DNA of 37,179 nucleotides from an uncultured bacterium (GCA_905215275.1 CAJMPE010000001.1:1-37179), one strand, 5' to 3'. Counted from the stretch's first letter, positions 8,316 through 18,163 are shown. The notes: generated by a model not told the origin, from the letters alone. Numbers and translations: made by a program.

Positions 8316-9446
8316 CTAGGCGCGGTGCCAGTCGGTCAGGCAGGCATCGAGGGAAGCGATGAGCGCATCCTTGTCCATGTGACGGCCGATGATGCACAGA
8401 CTCGTCATACGGTCGCCCGTCTCGTCGTCCCAAATCTGCATGATCTCGGGGTTCTCGTCGATGATCTTCTGCTTCTCGCCTTCGGGCGCCGAGTCTACAA
8501 ACAGGCCGTTCTCCATCAGGCGCATCTGGTGGCCGGCCTGCTCAAACATGTAGCACATGTCCGGATCGCCGGTCTGCCACAGCGGACCCTTGACGCGAAT
8601 GACCTCGTCGGGCCACTCCTGCTCAACAAAATCGGTGAACTTCTGCAGGTCAAACGGCTTGCGGCGCGAGTACACAAAGGTCTCGATGTCGTACTCGAGC
8701 ACCTCGGGGTCGTCGTGCTCCTCGGGATGCTCCATGGCCTCGATCCAGGCGGCGGAGTTGTAGGCGCGCATAAAGTCGAAGCGGTCGGTGTCGAGCAGCT
8801 CCTCCATGGGGACCTCGCCGTTTTGAGCCTCGACAATCACAGCGTCCTTCTGCAGGCTGCGCACGATGGCCTTAAGCTCGGCGATCTGCTCGGACGTCAC
8901 GGTATCGGTCTTGTTGAGGATGAGCGTGGAGCAGAACTCGATCTGCTGGATGAGCAGGCTCTCGATGTCGTCCTCGTCGATATCCTCGGCCAGTAGGTCG
9001 CGACCGCCGTTGAACTCGTCGTACATGCGGGCGCAGTCGACCACGGCCACGATGTTGTCGAGCGCGAGCTTAGGCTCGCCGCCCACCTTGGCCTCGTCGC
9101 AGAAGCTCGAGATGGTGTAGGCGATGGGGATGGGCTCGCAAATGCCCGAGGCCTCGATGATGATGTAATCGAAGTTGCCCGAATCGGCGATGCCCTGCAG
9201 CTGGTTGGCCAGGTCATCCGAAAGCGTGCAGCAGATGCAGCCGTTGGTGAGCGGGATGAGGTCGTCGGTCTCGGAAAGGCCGCCGTCGGCGATAAGGCTG
9301 GCGTCCACATTGATCTCGCCGATATCGTTGACGATCACGGCGGCGCGGATACCGCCGTCGTTAGCGAGGATGTGGTTGAGCAGCGTGGTCTTGCCGGCAC
9401 CGAGGTATCCGGTAAGCATGATGATCTTCACGGGTTTGTTGGGCAT
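8316..9446 (-). CDS. COG0523/CobW-family metallochaperone GTPase
   Basis: LTGYLGAGKTT, VIVNDIG, GCICC, IEASG, NKTD, RVKG; ATG 9446 with aaggag RBS. Confidence 0.9.
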   Translation of the reverse strand: MPNKPVKIIMLTGYLGAGKTTLLNHILANDGGIRAAVIVNDIGEINVDASLIADGGLSETDDLIPLTNGCICCTLSDDLANQLQGIADSGNFDYIIIEASGICEPIPIAYTISSFCDEAKVGGEPKLALDNIVAVVDCARMYDEFNGGRDLLAEDIDEDDIESLLIQQIEFCSTLILNKTDTVTSEQIAELKAIVRSLQKDAVIVEAQNGEVPMEELLDTDRFDFMRAYNSAAWIEAMEHPEEHDDPEVLEYDIETFVYSRRKPFDLQKFTDFVEQEWPDEVIRVKGPLWQTGDPDMCYMFEQAGHQMRLMENGLFVDSAPEGEKQKIIDENPEIMQIWDDETGDRMTSLCIIGRHMDKDALIASLDACLTDWHRA

Positions 9447-9532
9447 GTGCCCTCCTTTGTTAGACATGGCTTACAGTTGAATCTTATGCCAAACGCCTGC
9501 TCTTATACCCACGCGCCGGCAAATAACACAAG

Positions 9533-9874
9533 CTACTCCCAGGCTCCCCATACATCGGGGCAATAACCGACGGTGGCCTTTTTGCCGTTGCGCACGATGG
9601 GTTCGGCCAAGACCTGCTGGTTCTCGAGCAGCTTGTCGAAGCGCTGACTGGGGGTAAGGTGCTGGATGAGCGCGAGCGTTTCCTCGTCCTTGGCTTTGGG
9701 GTTGAGCAGCTTGTCGATGCCGCCGACCGCTTGCATCACGCTCGTGAGCTCGCCCTTGCTCATCTCCTTTTCCTTAAGGTCGATAAACTGCACCTTAATG
9801 CGGCGCTCCTTAAAATAGCGCTGGGCCTTTTTGGTGTCGAACGACTTCTTAGTCCCGAAGATTTGAATATTCAT
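9533..9874 (-). CDS. ArsC/Spx/YffB family protein
   Basis: MNIQIFGTKK.FDTKKA.RYFKER...PIVRNGKKATVGY pattern. Confidence 0.8.
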   Translation of the reverse strand: MNIQIFGTKKSFDTKKAQRYFKERRIKVQFIDLKEKEMSKGELTSVMQAVGGIDKLLNPKAKDEETLALIQHLTPSQRFDKLLENQQVLAEPIVRNGKKATVGYCPDVWGAWE

Positions 9875-9886
9875 GGTTCCGCCGCT

Positions 9887-10510
9887 CTATCGAATGAAGT
9901 TGGTCGTTGCGTGATCTGCCTCGGGTGCGTTGATGCCGGCGGCCTGTCCTGCCTCGATGCAGCGCAGGAGCCACGCCATGTTTTTGCCGATATTTCGCAT
10001 GGTGGCAAGGCCTTCGGCGTCCCCATCGGCGTCGCCGGGCACGCGGCCAAACACGTTGTTCCAGTAGGTGGAAGCAACTACGGGCATTTGCTTAATGGTG
10101 AAGTACTTGTTGAGCACATCGAACGTGGTTGACGTGCCGCCGCGACGGGCGACGGCGACCGCGGCGCCGGGTTTGTGCTCAAAGGCATGCCCGCCGGCAT
10201 AGAATGCGCGGTCGAGAGCCGAGAGGATGCGTCCGCTGGGATGCGCATAGTAGACGGGCGAGCCAAAGACAAAGCCGTCTGCCTGCTCGGCGGCAGCGAT
10301 GAGCTCGTTCACCACGTCATCGTCAAAGGTGCAGCGACCGCCAAGCTTGCCGCACTGACCGCAGCCGATGCAGTCGCGAATGGGCTTGGCGCCCAGCTGA
10401 AACACCTCGGTATCAATACCTTCGGCATTGAGCTGCTCGGCGATCTCGGCGAGTGCGCGGGCGGTGTTGCCGTTTGCCTTGGGGCTGCCATTGACCAAAA
10501 GAACCTTCAT
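9887..10510 (-). CDS. Iron-sulfur flavoprotein / flavodoxin-like NAD(P)H-dependent FMN reductase
   Basis: NGSPKANGNT, CIGCGQCGKLGGRC cluster, GSPVYY, ARRGG. Confidence 0.88.
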   Translation of the reverse strand: MKVLLVNGSPKANGNTARALAEIAEQLNAEGIDTEVFQLGAKPIRDCIGCGQCGKLGGRCTFDDDVVNELIAAAEQADGFVFGSPVYYAHPSGRILSALDRAFYAGGHAFEHKPGAAVAVARRGGTSTTFDVLNKYFTIKQMPVVASTYWNNVFGRVPGDADGDAEGLATMRNIGKNMAWLLRCIEAGQAAGINAPEADHATTNFIR

Positions 10511-10584
10511 CACAAACTCCCTCTGCTTTTGGTGACTTCTGCAGAGGATTATCGCACGATGGGGGGGGCGGCGCGGGCGCGGCG

Positions 10585-12114
10585 CTAATCCAGTTTGGTA
10601 CCTGGCACCTGCACGGCTTTCCCAAGCAACGCTTTGAGCTCGTTCAAAATGGAAACGGGCTGTCGATCGACAGCGTCCAGATGAAGCGTGGCCACACGAA
10701 TGGGTGGCTGATATTCAAGCGAGCCGATGAGCACAGGAGAACCCAGGAACCGCTCGATTTCGTCTGCGAGCTCGTCGATTGCCTCGGGGCCGAGCTCATC
10801 GAAAAGCGCCACGAACGTTGGCCCCGTCGAGCGGAACAGGCGGCCCTTGCCGCGCGAACAATCCATGAGGCAGGCGGCGCTTTCGGCGAGCACACGGTCG
10901 CCTGCATCGAATCCAAAGCGGGCATTGACCTCGGCGATATCGTCGACCTTAATGGCAATAAAGCCTGCCTCGCGCGCCACGCGACGCATTTCGCCAATGG
11001 CGTTGACCAGGGCGTGAATATCGCCCAGGCCGGTTACGGAATCGGTCGTATCTGCCAAGCTTCGGTTGATGATAATGCCCACGTACATGTTAGGCTCGGT
11101 ATCGGTGCCGTCCAAGCGGTAGCCCGTGCAGTCGCAAAGCGCGTATGCTCCGGTGGCATCCATTACGCGATACTGCATGTAGTGGAAGTGCCACGTGCCG
11201 TTTATCACCATGTCGAGCTCGGCACGTACGTTGTCGCGGTCCTCGGGATGAACGCGGGCAAGCCACATATCGACCGAGTTAAAAGGGTGCTGGGAAGGTA
11301 GGTCAAAATCGCGCACGGCGTTGACCGACCATTGCGATTCTCCAGTATCGAGGTTAAGGATGAACGGATAGCGCGTCTCGGAGCTCATGGAGATCGCTTG
11401 GAATACGCGGTCGTTGCAGGGAAGCTGATCGACGATTGGGCGTTGCGGGGCGTCATCGTCTTTCGGTTGCTGCACACGATGCATAAGCTTATAGCGATAC
11501 ATCTTGCGATCGGCATCCATCGTCATCTGGCGACGCGTGTCGCCAGCAAGTGGATCGACGCGCGAGCAGCCAAAGCTAAAGCTGGCGATCATGGGTGCCT
11601 TGCCACCTGAGCTCGCCTCGACCAGCCCGGCGCGTATCTGCTCCAAGCGCTGCTCGAGTTCAGTCTCGTTTGCGGAGAGGGAGATAAGCACAAACTCGTC
11701 TCCACCGATACGGAACAGCATCTCATCGTGCTCCATGGTTTCGGAGAGCGTGCGGCAGATGCTCAGAATATAGCGATTGCCTTCGGCGTGGCCAAACCTA
11801 TCATTGCAATGCTTGAGATGGTCGATGTCAATATAGGCGCAGGTGAAGGGGCCGCCTTTGCGCCAGAGTTGCTCGACGTGACGGTCGAGTCCGCTGCGGT
11901 TGCCCAAGTTGGTGAGCGGGTCGATATAGGCGTTGCTCTCAAGCAGCCGGCGCTCTTGTTGCAGGATGGCATGCGTCTTTTTCAACTGCTCGCCAATGCC
12001 GCGCAACTCTACGGGCAGGGCGGCAACGTCAAGCTCGGCGGTCGAGACGCCATTCGCAAGTCGCTGGAGATAGGCAATAATCGATTGCTCGCCCAGGCGA
12101 TATGGCTCGTTCAT
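10585..12114 (-). CDS. Diguanylate cyclase: GGDEF + PAS + degenerate GGDEF
   Basis: DPLTNLGNR, DIDHLKHCNDRFGH, FRIGGDEF; PAS-like VHPEDR...YRV; second domain DSVTGL...FRSTGPTF; ATG 12114 with aaggagg RBS. Confidence 0.85.
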   Translation of the reverse strand: MNEPYRLGEQSIIAYLQRLANGVSTAELDVAALPVELRGIGEQLKKTHAILQQERRLLESNAYIDPLTNLGNRSGLDRHVEQLWRKGGPFTCAYIDIDHLKHCNDRFGHAEGNRYILSICRTLSETMEHDEMLFRIGGDEFVLISLSANETELEQRLEQIRAGLVEASSGGKAPMIASFSFGCSRVDPLAGDTRRQMTMDADRKMYRYKLMHRVQQPKDDDAPQRPIVDQLPCNDRVFQAISMSSETRYPFILNLDTGESQWSVNAVRDFDLPSQHPFNSVDMWLARVHPEDRDNVRAELDMVINGTWHFHYMQYRVMDATGAYALCDCTGYRLDGTDTEPNMYVGIIINRSLADTTDSVTGLGDIHALVNAIGEMRRVAREAGFIAIKVDDIAEVNARFGFDAGDRVLAESAACLMDCSRGKGRLFRSTGPTFVALFDELGPEAIDELADEIERFLGSPVLIGSLEYQPPIRVATLHLDAVDRQPVSILNELKALLGKAVQVPGTKLD

Positions 12115-12150
12115 GATGAATAACCTCCTTGGGCGGAACAATGGTTTGTA

Positions 12151-12185
12151 TTATATCCCCAATTCGGTTTGAATTGGGGATATAA
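12151..12185. promoter_or_regulatory. Perfect 15-bp inverted repeat overlapping a TATAAT box
   Basis: ttatatccccaattc ggttt gaattggggatataa; minus-strand TATAAT at 12150-12155. Confidence 0.55.
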
Positions 12186-12190
12186 GTTAG

Positions 12191-15049
12191 CTAATGGAGA
12201 CAAATGCCCCCTTCGGCGGTGGCGTTTTGCTCGCGAGCGTACCAGTTGTTATTGCCACCATCGAGCAATGCCTCAAAATCCTTCGCCGGCATGGGGCGGT
12301 AGTAGAGGAAGCCCTGAGCGTAGCGGGCGCCCATGTGGCGTAGCATGCTCGCCTGCTCATTTGTCTCGACGCCTTCGACCACGACGGGCAGATGGAGCGA
12401 CTGCGCCATTTCGAGCATCGATGAAATGATCCGCGTGCTGCGGCCTTGATCGCGGTCGGTGGGCACAAAGGTGCGGTCGAGCTTGATGACGTCGACGTTG
12501 ACGTTCTTGAGCATCGCGAGCGTGGACTGGCCGGTGCCAAAATCGTCCATATAGGTCGAGAAGCCGCGGGTGTGCAGGTCAGCCGTCAGCTTGTCCACGG
12601 CCTCGGACTCTCCCGTATAAGCCGTCTCGGTGATCTCGATACGCATGAGCTCGGGCGGTAGGTTGTATTGGGCGGCAAGCGCCCCCATATGTTCGGCAAC
12701 GTCGCAGGCAAGGATATCCACGCGTGACACATTAAGCGAAACCGGAACCACGCGAAGTCCTCGATTGATGCGTTCGCGCAGCCACGAGGCGACACCCTGC
12801 CAAATGTACTTGTCGAGCGTCACCACAAAGCCGCTTTCCTCGAGTGCGGGGATAAACGTTGCGGGCGAAATGAGAGAACCGTCCTTGTCAATCCAGCGCG
12901 TGAGTGCCTCGGCGCCAATGATCTCGCCGGTTTCCATGTCGACCTGGGGCTGCAGGTAGTACGTGATGCGGCCGTTTGAGAGCGCATACTGGAACTCGGT
13001 TAGCGTGTGGTGGAACGCAACCTCATGCTCATATTCCTCGGGGCGGAAAACGGCAATGCGCTCCTTAAAGTCGTTTTTGGCGCGTCGATTGGTAAACATG
13101 GCCTTGGCCTGCGCGTCGATAGTGATTTCCTCATTGGAGTCGATGGGGTAAACGCCCATGGACGGCCAGAAGCCTACGCCATCATCATGTCTGGCTACGG
13201 CCTCGCGAACGCGGTTGTAGATTTGATGGACGGTGATGTGCTTAAAAGGGATGAGTACGCAAAAGTCATCTTGGCCCCAGTACCCTGCGACGCCCATATC
13301 GGCATTCTCGATGTCCTTGAGGACCGTGCCCACATCGGCAAGCAGGCGGTCGCCTTCGGCCTGTCCATACCATTCGTTAAACAGGCGCATGTGGCCCATG
13401 TCGACCGTGGCGATGCACCAGGCGCCGTCGTGCCTTGCCTCGAGAAATGCGTTGGCACGCCGCATAAACTCGCTGGGTCGATAGAGGCCCGTGAGCATAT
13501 CGATGCGTTCGGCGATTGCGCTTTTGCGTTCGACCTCGGGTATAGGGAGGCTGTCGTTGGGGACAAGCCCGCCAGCTGTGCGAAGGCGACGATCGAGTTC
13601 GCCCAAAACAGTCGATGCTTGGGAGTCCAGGCGTTCGTAAAAGGTTGGGACGACAAGACAGACGGGAGCAATGGTGTCGCCTGCGATTTGCACAGGAGCG
13701 AAAACGGCCTCTTTAAGGTGGCGGGTCAGTTGCTCGAATGCCTCGTGGTCCAAATCGTTGCTGAGCACGACAAACTGGACGCTTCGTGAACGGTAGACCC
13801 GGCTCCTGCCGCGGGTGATCGACAGCATGCGGCCCGCGTATTCGGCAAGCATGTTGTCGACAGCCTCGGCCCCGTAGAGTTCGTTGAGCTTTGTCGTGCC
13901 ACGAACGCGCACCGCTATAAGCCCCGTCTCGCAACGGTCGCGGCGGCAGGCATCGATGGCGTTGACCAGCATACGCTGCGTTCCGAGGCCTGTGGCGGCG
14001 TCGACGGTTTCGGCAAGTGCGTGGTTGACGATCTCGCCGACATAGAGCGAGGGGACATTTCCGTCGCCGTCGATACGAAACCCTCGAGCACGGCAGAGGA
14101 CGTAGTCGCCGGCGGCATTGCGTACGCGGTACTGCATAACTCGACGGTGTTTAGCGCCGTTATAGACTTGGTCGATGTCGTCGGTAAAAGCCTCAAGGTC
14201 ATCGGGATGGACGCGCGTTTTCCAGTAATCGCTGCAGTTGTCTATATGCTCCGAAGGAAGACCGAGATCGCGCAAGGCACCTTGTGACCAAAGGGTGCGA
14301 TGTTTGTCCAAGTTCTCGATAAAGAAATAGCGGCCCTCGTTGAGCATCGAAAAGGCGTCGAAAATACGATCGCTTATTTCGAAGTCATCGGCGTGGACTT
14401 GCGTGATATTGCGTCGATCGAGGTGCACGGCATGACGTAGCTTGTAGTCGTACATACGATGGTCGGCATCGAGCGTCATGCGATTGGGGGCTTCGCCCAG
14501 GGCGGGGTCGGCATGTGACACTCCGTAGCTAAACGAGTGGGGCATCTCGGAATCGTTGTTTTTGAGCAGGATCGTTCGGCAGTGTTCCAGACGTTCGGCG
14601 AGGTCGTCCTCGGTCGCAATCGTAGATAGGATGGCAAACTCGTCGCCTCCCAGACGAAATGCCGCCTCGTCTACCTTCATATACAGCTTGAGATAAAGGC
14701 TTACCTGCAAGATATAGCGGTTGCCCTTGTCATGGCCAAAGACGTCGTTGCAGTGCTTGAGATTGTCGATATCGATGAACGCCATGGTAACGGGGGTGTC
14801 CTGCTCCCAGAGCTCCTCGAGGGAGCGGGCAAAGCCGCCGCGGTTGCCAAGTCCGGTAAGCTGGTCGGTAAAGGCGGTCCTAATCAGATCATCCTGACGC
14901 TCGAGAAGGTCGCGAACGGTCTTTTCGAGCGTTTCGGTGTAATTGCTGACAGTATCCATGTCGTAAGCGGCTTTCTGAGGTCGGGCGAATTGCGTCGGGC
15001 GAGCTCGTTGTGCACACGCGTTGTTGTTCGGCGCTTTGCGTGTATCCAA
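12191..15049 (-). CDS. Hybrid diguanylate cyclase/phosphodiesterase: GGDEF-PAS-GGDEF*-GGDEF*-EAL
   Basis: FRLGGDEF, VHPDDL, degenerate YRSRSVQF and YWGQDDF domains, EAL domain AEALTRW, EITE, DDFGTG, IKLD, EGVE, QGF; start uncertain (TTG 15049 or ATG 14959). Confidence 0.88.
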   Translation of the reverse strand: MDTRKAPNNNACAQRARPTQFARPQKAAYDMDTVSNYTETLEKTVRDLLERQDDLIRTAFTDQLTGLGNRGGFARSLEELWEQDTPVTMAFIDIDNLKHCNDVFGHDKGNRYILQVSLYLKLYMKVDEAAFRLGGDEFAILSTIATEDDLAERLEHCRTILLKNNDSEMPHSFSYGVSHADPALGEAPNRMTLDADHRMYDYKLRHAVHLDRRNITQVHADDFEISDRIFDAFSMLNEGRYFFIENLDKHRTLWSQGALRDLGLPSEHIDNCSDYWKTRVHPDDLEAFTDDIDQVYNGAKHRRVMQYRVRNAAGDYVLCRARGFRIDGDGNVPSLYVGEIVNHALAETVDAATGLGTQRMLVNAIDACRRDRCETGLIAVRVRGTTKLNELYGAEAVDNMLAEYAGRMLSITRGRSRVYRSRSVQFVVLSNDLDHEAFEQLTRHLKEAVFAPVQIAGDTIAPVCLVVPTFYERLDSQASTVLGELDRRLRTAGGLVPNDSLPIPEVERKSAIAERIDMLTGLYRPSEFMRRANAFLEARHDGAWCIATVDMGHMRLFNEWYGQAEGDRLLADVGTVLKDIENADMGVAGYWGQDDFCVLIPFKHITVHQIYNRVREAVARHDDGVGFWPSMGVYPIDSNEEITIDAQAKAMFTNRRAKNDFKERIAVFRPEEYEHEVAFHHTLTEFQYALSNGRITYYLQPQVDMETGEIIGAEALTRWIDKDGSLISPATFIPALEESGFVVTLDKYIWQGVASWLRERINRGLRVVPVSLNVSRVDILACDVAEHMGALAAQYNLPPELMRIEITETAYTGESEAVDKLTADLHTRGFSTYMDDFGTGQSTLAMLKNVNVDVIKLDRTFVPTDRDQGRSTRIISSMLEMAQSLHLPVVVEGVETNEQASMLRHMGARYAQGFLYYRPMPAKDFEALLDGGNNNWYAREQNATAEGGICLH

Positions 15050-15282
15050 GCCCCCGCCTCGCTGCGTTGTTGGGTTAATTTACCGGCTAATGTTCGCTGT
15101 TGATAACTGCTGAGTAGTAGAAACAACAGTGCAGAATTATATATGGGTGCACATGCTGTGGGCGGCTATTATTCGACAAATGGTAGCGCGACGATGCGAT
15201 GTCCGATAAAAATGCGACTGAGACGATATATGTTGACGGGTATACTTGTTCCGGTTTTAAACGCAGGAACGGAGATGGTCGC

Positions 15283-16152
15283 ATGGCACAGCCGGATACG
15301 ACGCGCACGGTGGGGCTGGCACTCGAGGGAGGCGGCTACCGCGGTATGTATACAGCGGGCGTGCTCGATGTATGGATGGAGCGCGGTTTGACCTGCGACC
15401 ATATGGTGGGTGTCTCGGCGGGCGCGGCGTTTGGCTACAACTTTAAATCGCGCCAGATCGGCCGTGCCATTCGCTATAACAAGGCCTATTGTGCCGATAA
15501 GCGCTATGCGGGTGTAGCAAGCTGGCTGCGGACCGGCGATATGTTCAATGCCGATTTTGCCTATCACGAGGTGCCTATCGAGCGCGATCCCATTGACTTG
15601 GAGACGTATCGCGCCTGTCCCATGCGGTTTACGTGCGTGTGTACCGATATCGAGACGGGCAAGGCCGTCTACCACGACCTGCCCTATGGCGACGAGAGGG
15701 ATATTGAGTGGATCCGGGCATCGTCAGCGATTCCTGTGGCGACGCGTCCCGTTGCTATTGACGGGCATAAGTATCTGGATGGTGGCGTGGCTGATTCTAT
15801 TCCCAGCGCATGGCTGTTTGCGCAGGGGTATGACCGCAATATCGTGGTACTCACGCAGCCGGCGGGCTTTGTGAAGCAGCCCAACAGCGTGATGCCGATG
15901 CTGCGGCGCGTGTTCCGTCACTACCCGGAGTTTGTCGCAGCGCTTGAGCATCGGCATGAGGTTTACAATGCCACGCTCGATGACCTGGCACGTCGTGAGG
16001 CCGCCGGCGATATCTTTGTGGTGCGTCCGAGCGAATCGGTGAAGGTGCCGTCGCTATGCCGCGAGCCCGATGAGCTCGAGCGCATCTATCAGATCGGCCG
16101 CCACGATGCAGAGGTGACCTTACCGGCGTTGGAAGCGTACCTGGCGGGGTAG
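15283..16152 (+). CDS. Patatin-like phospholipase family protein (YjjU-like)
   Basis: EGGGYRG, GVSAG, ASSAIP, YLDGG; RBS ggag before ATG 15283. Confidence 0.9.
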   Translation: MAQPDTTRTVGLALEGGGYRGMYTAGVLDVWMERGLTCDHMVGVSAGAAFGYNFKSRQIGRAIRYNKAYCADKRYAGVASWLRTGDMFNADFAYHEVPIERDPIDLETYRACPMRFTCVCTDIETGKAVYHDLPYGDERDIEWIRASSAIPVATRPVAIDGHKYLDGGVADSIPSAWLFAQGYDRNIVVLTQPAGFVKQPNSVMPMLRRVFRHYPEFVAALEHRHEVYNATLDDLARREAAGDIFVVRPSESVKVPSLCREPDELERIYQIGRHDAEVTLPALEAYLAG

Positions 16153-16172
16153 AGCAAGCTGCCGTGGCCTCG

Positions 16173-16222
16173 ACGGAAAGCGCGCCCCAGAATGGACGTC
16201 CAAACTGGGATGCGCTTTCCGT
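16173..16222. terminator. Long hairpin between convergent patatin and thiE genes
   Basis: acggaaagcgcgccccag...ctgggatgcgctttccgt with internal palindrome tggacgtcca. Confidence 0.6.
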
Positions 16223-16264
16223 TATTGAAGATATGAGGCCGCGGAGCAACTGCTCGGCCTAGAC

Positions 16265-16960
16265 TTATGCCTGCTGCCAGGTATCGACGAGCTCCTTGGC
16301 GGCGGCGTGGGGGTCGTCGGCACTGCAGACGGCGCTCACCACAAAGAAGCCGTCGACGCCGGTGGCCTTGAGCTGCGGCAGGTCGGCCGTCTTAACGCCG
16401 CCGCCTACCACGATGGGCACGGGGCTTGCCGCGTGGAGTGCGGCCAGGTCCTCAAAGCTTTTGGTGATGATGGAGCCGTCGGCCGCGCGTCCGCAATCGC
16501 GCTTGGTCTCGGTCTCGTGGAGCGGGCCGATGCCCAGGTAGTCGACCAGACTCATGTCGGCGGTCTTGACGTACTCGAGCATCTCCTCGCAGCGGGCCGA
16601 AAGGCCCACGATGGCATCGGGGCCCAAAAGTTTGCGGCAGACCTCGACGGGAATATCGCTCTGGCCTACATGCACGCCATCGACAGCAATACCCTGCTCG
16701 CGCGCGGCGAGTACGCAGTCCAGGCGGTCGTCGATTAACAGGGCGACCCGACCGGTCTTGCCGGCCTGTGCGATTGCCTGCGCGGCGTCGCCGGTCAGCG
16801 CAATGATCTCGCGGGCGCTTGCCACCTTGGAGCGCACCTGGATGCAGGTAAAGCCTGCGTCGAGCGCCTGGGCCACCACATCGCCCACGGGACGTCCCAG
16901 CGTGTTTTCGGGGCCGAGTACTAGATAGGCCGAGATATCAAGGTTGTCGCGGATGCTCAT
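16265..16960 (-). CDS. thiE: Thiamine phosphate synthase
   Basis: IQVRSK, LLIDDR, GVHVGQSD, VGLS, DYLGIGP..ETK, VGGG, VVSAV; thi operon context. Confidence 0.9.
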   Translation of the reverse strand: MSIRDNLDISAYLVLGPENTLGRPVGDVVAQALDAGFTCIQVRSKVASAREIIALTGDAAQAIAQAGKTGRVALLIDDRLDCVLAAREQGIAVDGVHVGQSDIPVEVCRKLLGPDAIVGLSARCEEMLEYVKTADMSLVDYLGIGPLHETETKRDCGRAADGSIITKSFEDLAALHAASPVPIVVGGGVKTADLPQLKATGVDGFFVVSAVCSADDPHAAAKELVDTWQQA

Positions 16961-17298
16961 CGTGCTTCCTCCTGCTTTTTGATCTGCGCTTCCATGCGCT
17001 CGAGCTTGCCGGTCATGGTGTCGGTAAATCCGGGACGAATATCGGCTTTGAGCACGACTTCGGTGCGGATGCCCTTGCTCGCCAACACAAAGGTTGCGTT
17101 GCGCACGACCTGCATGACCTCGTCCCAGTCGCCCTCGATCTCGGTGAACATCGAGGTGGTGTGGTTGGGAAGGCCGCTGTCGCGAATGACGCGCACGACC
17201 TCGGCGACCTCGGCGGACAGCTCATCGCCGGTGCCGCACGGGGCGATGGCCACAGCGACGAGCGTGTTCATGCCGGTATTGGTTGCGGGCTCGGACAT
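16957..17298 (-). CDS. MTH1187/YqgV-like thiamine-binding protein
   Basis: AVAIAPCGTG..LS..VA.VV.VIRDSGL...TSMFTEIEGDWDEVM; 4-bp overlap with thiE. Confidence 0.8.
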   Translation of the reverse strand: MSEPATNTGMNTLVAVAIAPCGTGDELSAEVAEVVRVIRDSGLPNHTTSMFTEIEGDWDEVMQVVRNATFVLASKGIRTEVVLKADIRPGFTDTMTGKLERMEAQIKKQEEAR

Positions 17299-17301
17299 GG
17301 C

Positions 17302-18141
17302 CTATGCCTCCTCGAGCTCGAGTTGGTTATCGGCAATGTCCTGGGCGGTCGCGCGGTAGAGCTCGTCGATAAAGGCGACCTTAAAGCTTGCCGGGGCGTC
17401 GGCGACAGCGGCGGCACGCGTGCCGGCCACGTTGTAGGCGGCGGGGCCGCAGACGGCTGCCGTAAACGGGTCGGTGGCACAGGCGTACACGGCCAGCACG
17501 CCGCCCTGCGAGCAACCGCAGCCGGTGATCTTGGACATGAGTGGGCTGCCACCGTGGGACTTGGCCACCGTCGTGCCGTCGGTGATCAGGTCGACTTCGC
17601 CCGAGACCACTACGGCGCCGCCGGTGTAGCGGGCGAGCGCCACGGCAGCATCGCGGGCGGCGTCGACCGTGTCGGTGGTATCGACACCGCGTACGCGGCT
17701 CAGATCAGCCGCCTCGCCCTCAAGACCCCACAGGCCGGCGAGCGCGATGATCTCGGAGGCGTTGCCGCGCACGATGGCGGGCTTGTACTGCTTGAGTTCG
17801 TTTACCAGCTGGGTGCGCAGGCTACCGATGCCCAGGCCCACCGGATCGAGCACCCAGGGCTTGCCGGCGTCGTGTGCCGCCTTGGCCGCGCGGGGAATCG
17901 TCTGCTCGTAGATGGGGAAGAGCGTACCCATATTGAGATAGATGGCGCCGCCGCCGGCAACGAGTGCCTCGCCTTCGTCGGGCAGATAGACCATGGCGGC
18001 CGATCCGCCCACGGCGAGCTGTGCGTTGGCGACAAAGTCGATCGTCACCGTGTTGGTGATGGAACCGGCCATCGGATTGGTGGCGCGAATCTCCTCCACC
18101 GCCTTGACCATATGTTGCTTAAGCTGTTCCGAATCAATCAC
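17302..18141 (-). CDS. thiM: Hydroxyethylthiazole kinase
   Basis: ITNTVT..FVAN.QLA.GGS, NMGT, VLDPVG, IVRGNASEI, ITGCGC; GTG 18141 with aaggagg RBS. Confidence 0.9.
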   Translation of the reverse strand: MIDSEQLKQHMVKAVEEIRATNPMAGSITNTVTIDFVANAQLAVGGSAAMVYLPDEGEALVAGGGAIYLNMGTLFPIYEQTIPRAAKAAHDAGKPWVLDPVGLGIGSLRTQLVNELKQYKPAIVRGNASEIIALAGLWGLEGEAADLSRVRGVDTTDTVDAARDAAVALARYTGGAVVVSGEVDLITDGTTVAKSHGGSPLMSKITGCGCSQGGVLAVYACATDPFTAAVCGPAAYNVAGTRAAAVADAPASFKVAFIDELYRATAQDIADNQLELEEA

Positions 18142-18163
18142 TGCACATGCCTCCTTGGCATAG

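Noticed and set aside
14283..14295. Fourth copy of the TGTGACAAAGG palindrome
   Set aside because: tgtgaccaaaggg is an imperfect half-site inside a CDS with no partner arm.
12191..16152. CBASS-like system (nucleotide cyclase + patatin effector)
   Set aside because: The cyclases are GGDEF rather than CD-NTase, the genes are divergent, and the patatin is the common YjjU-like type.
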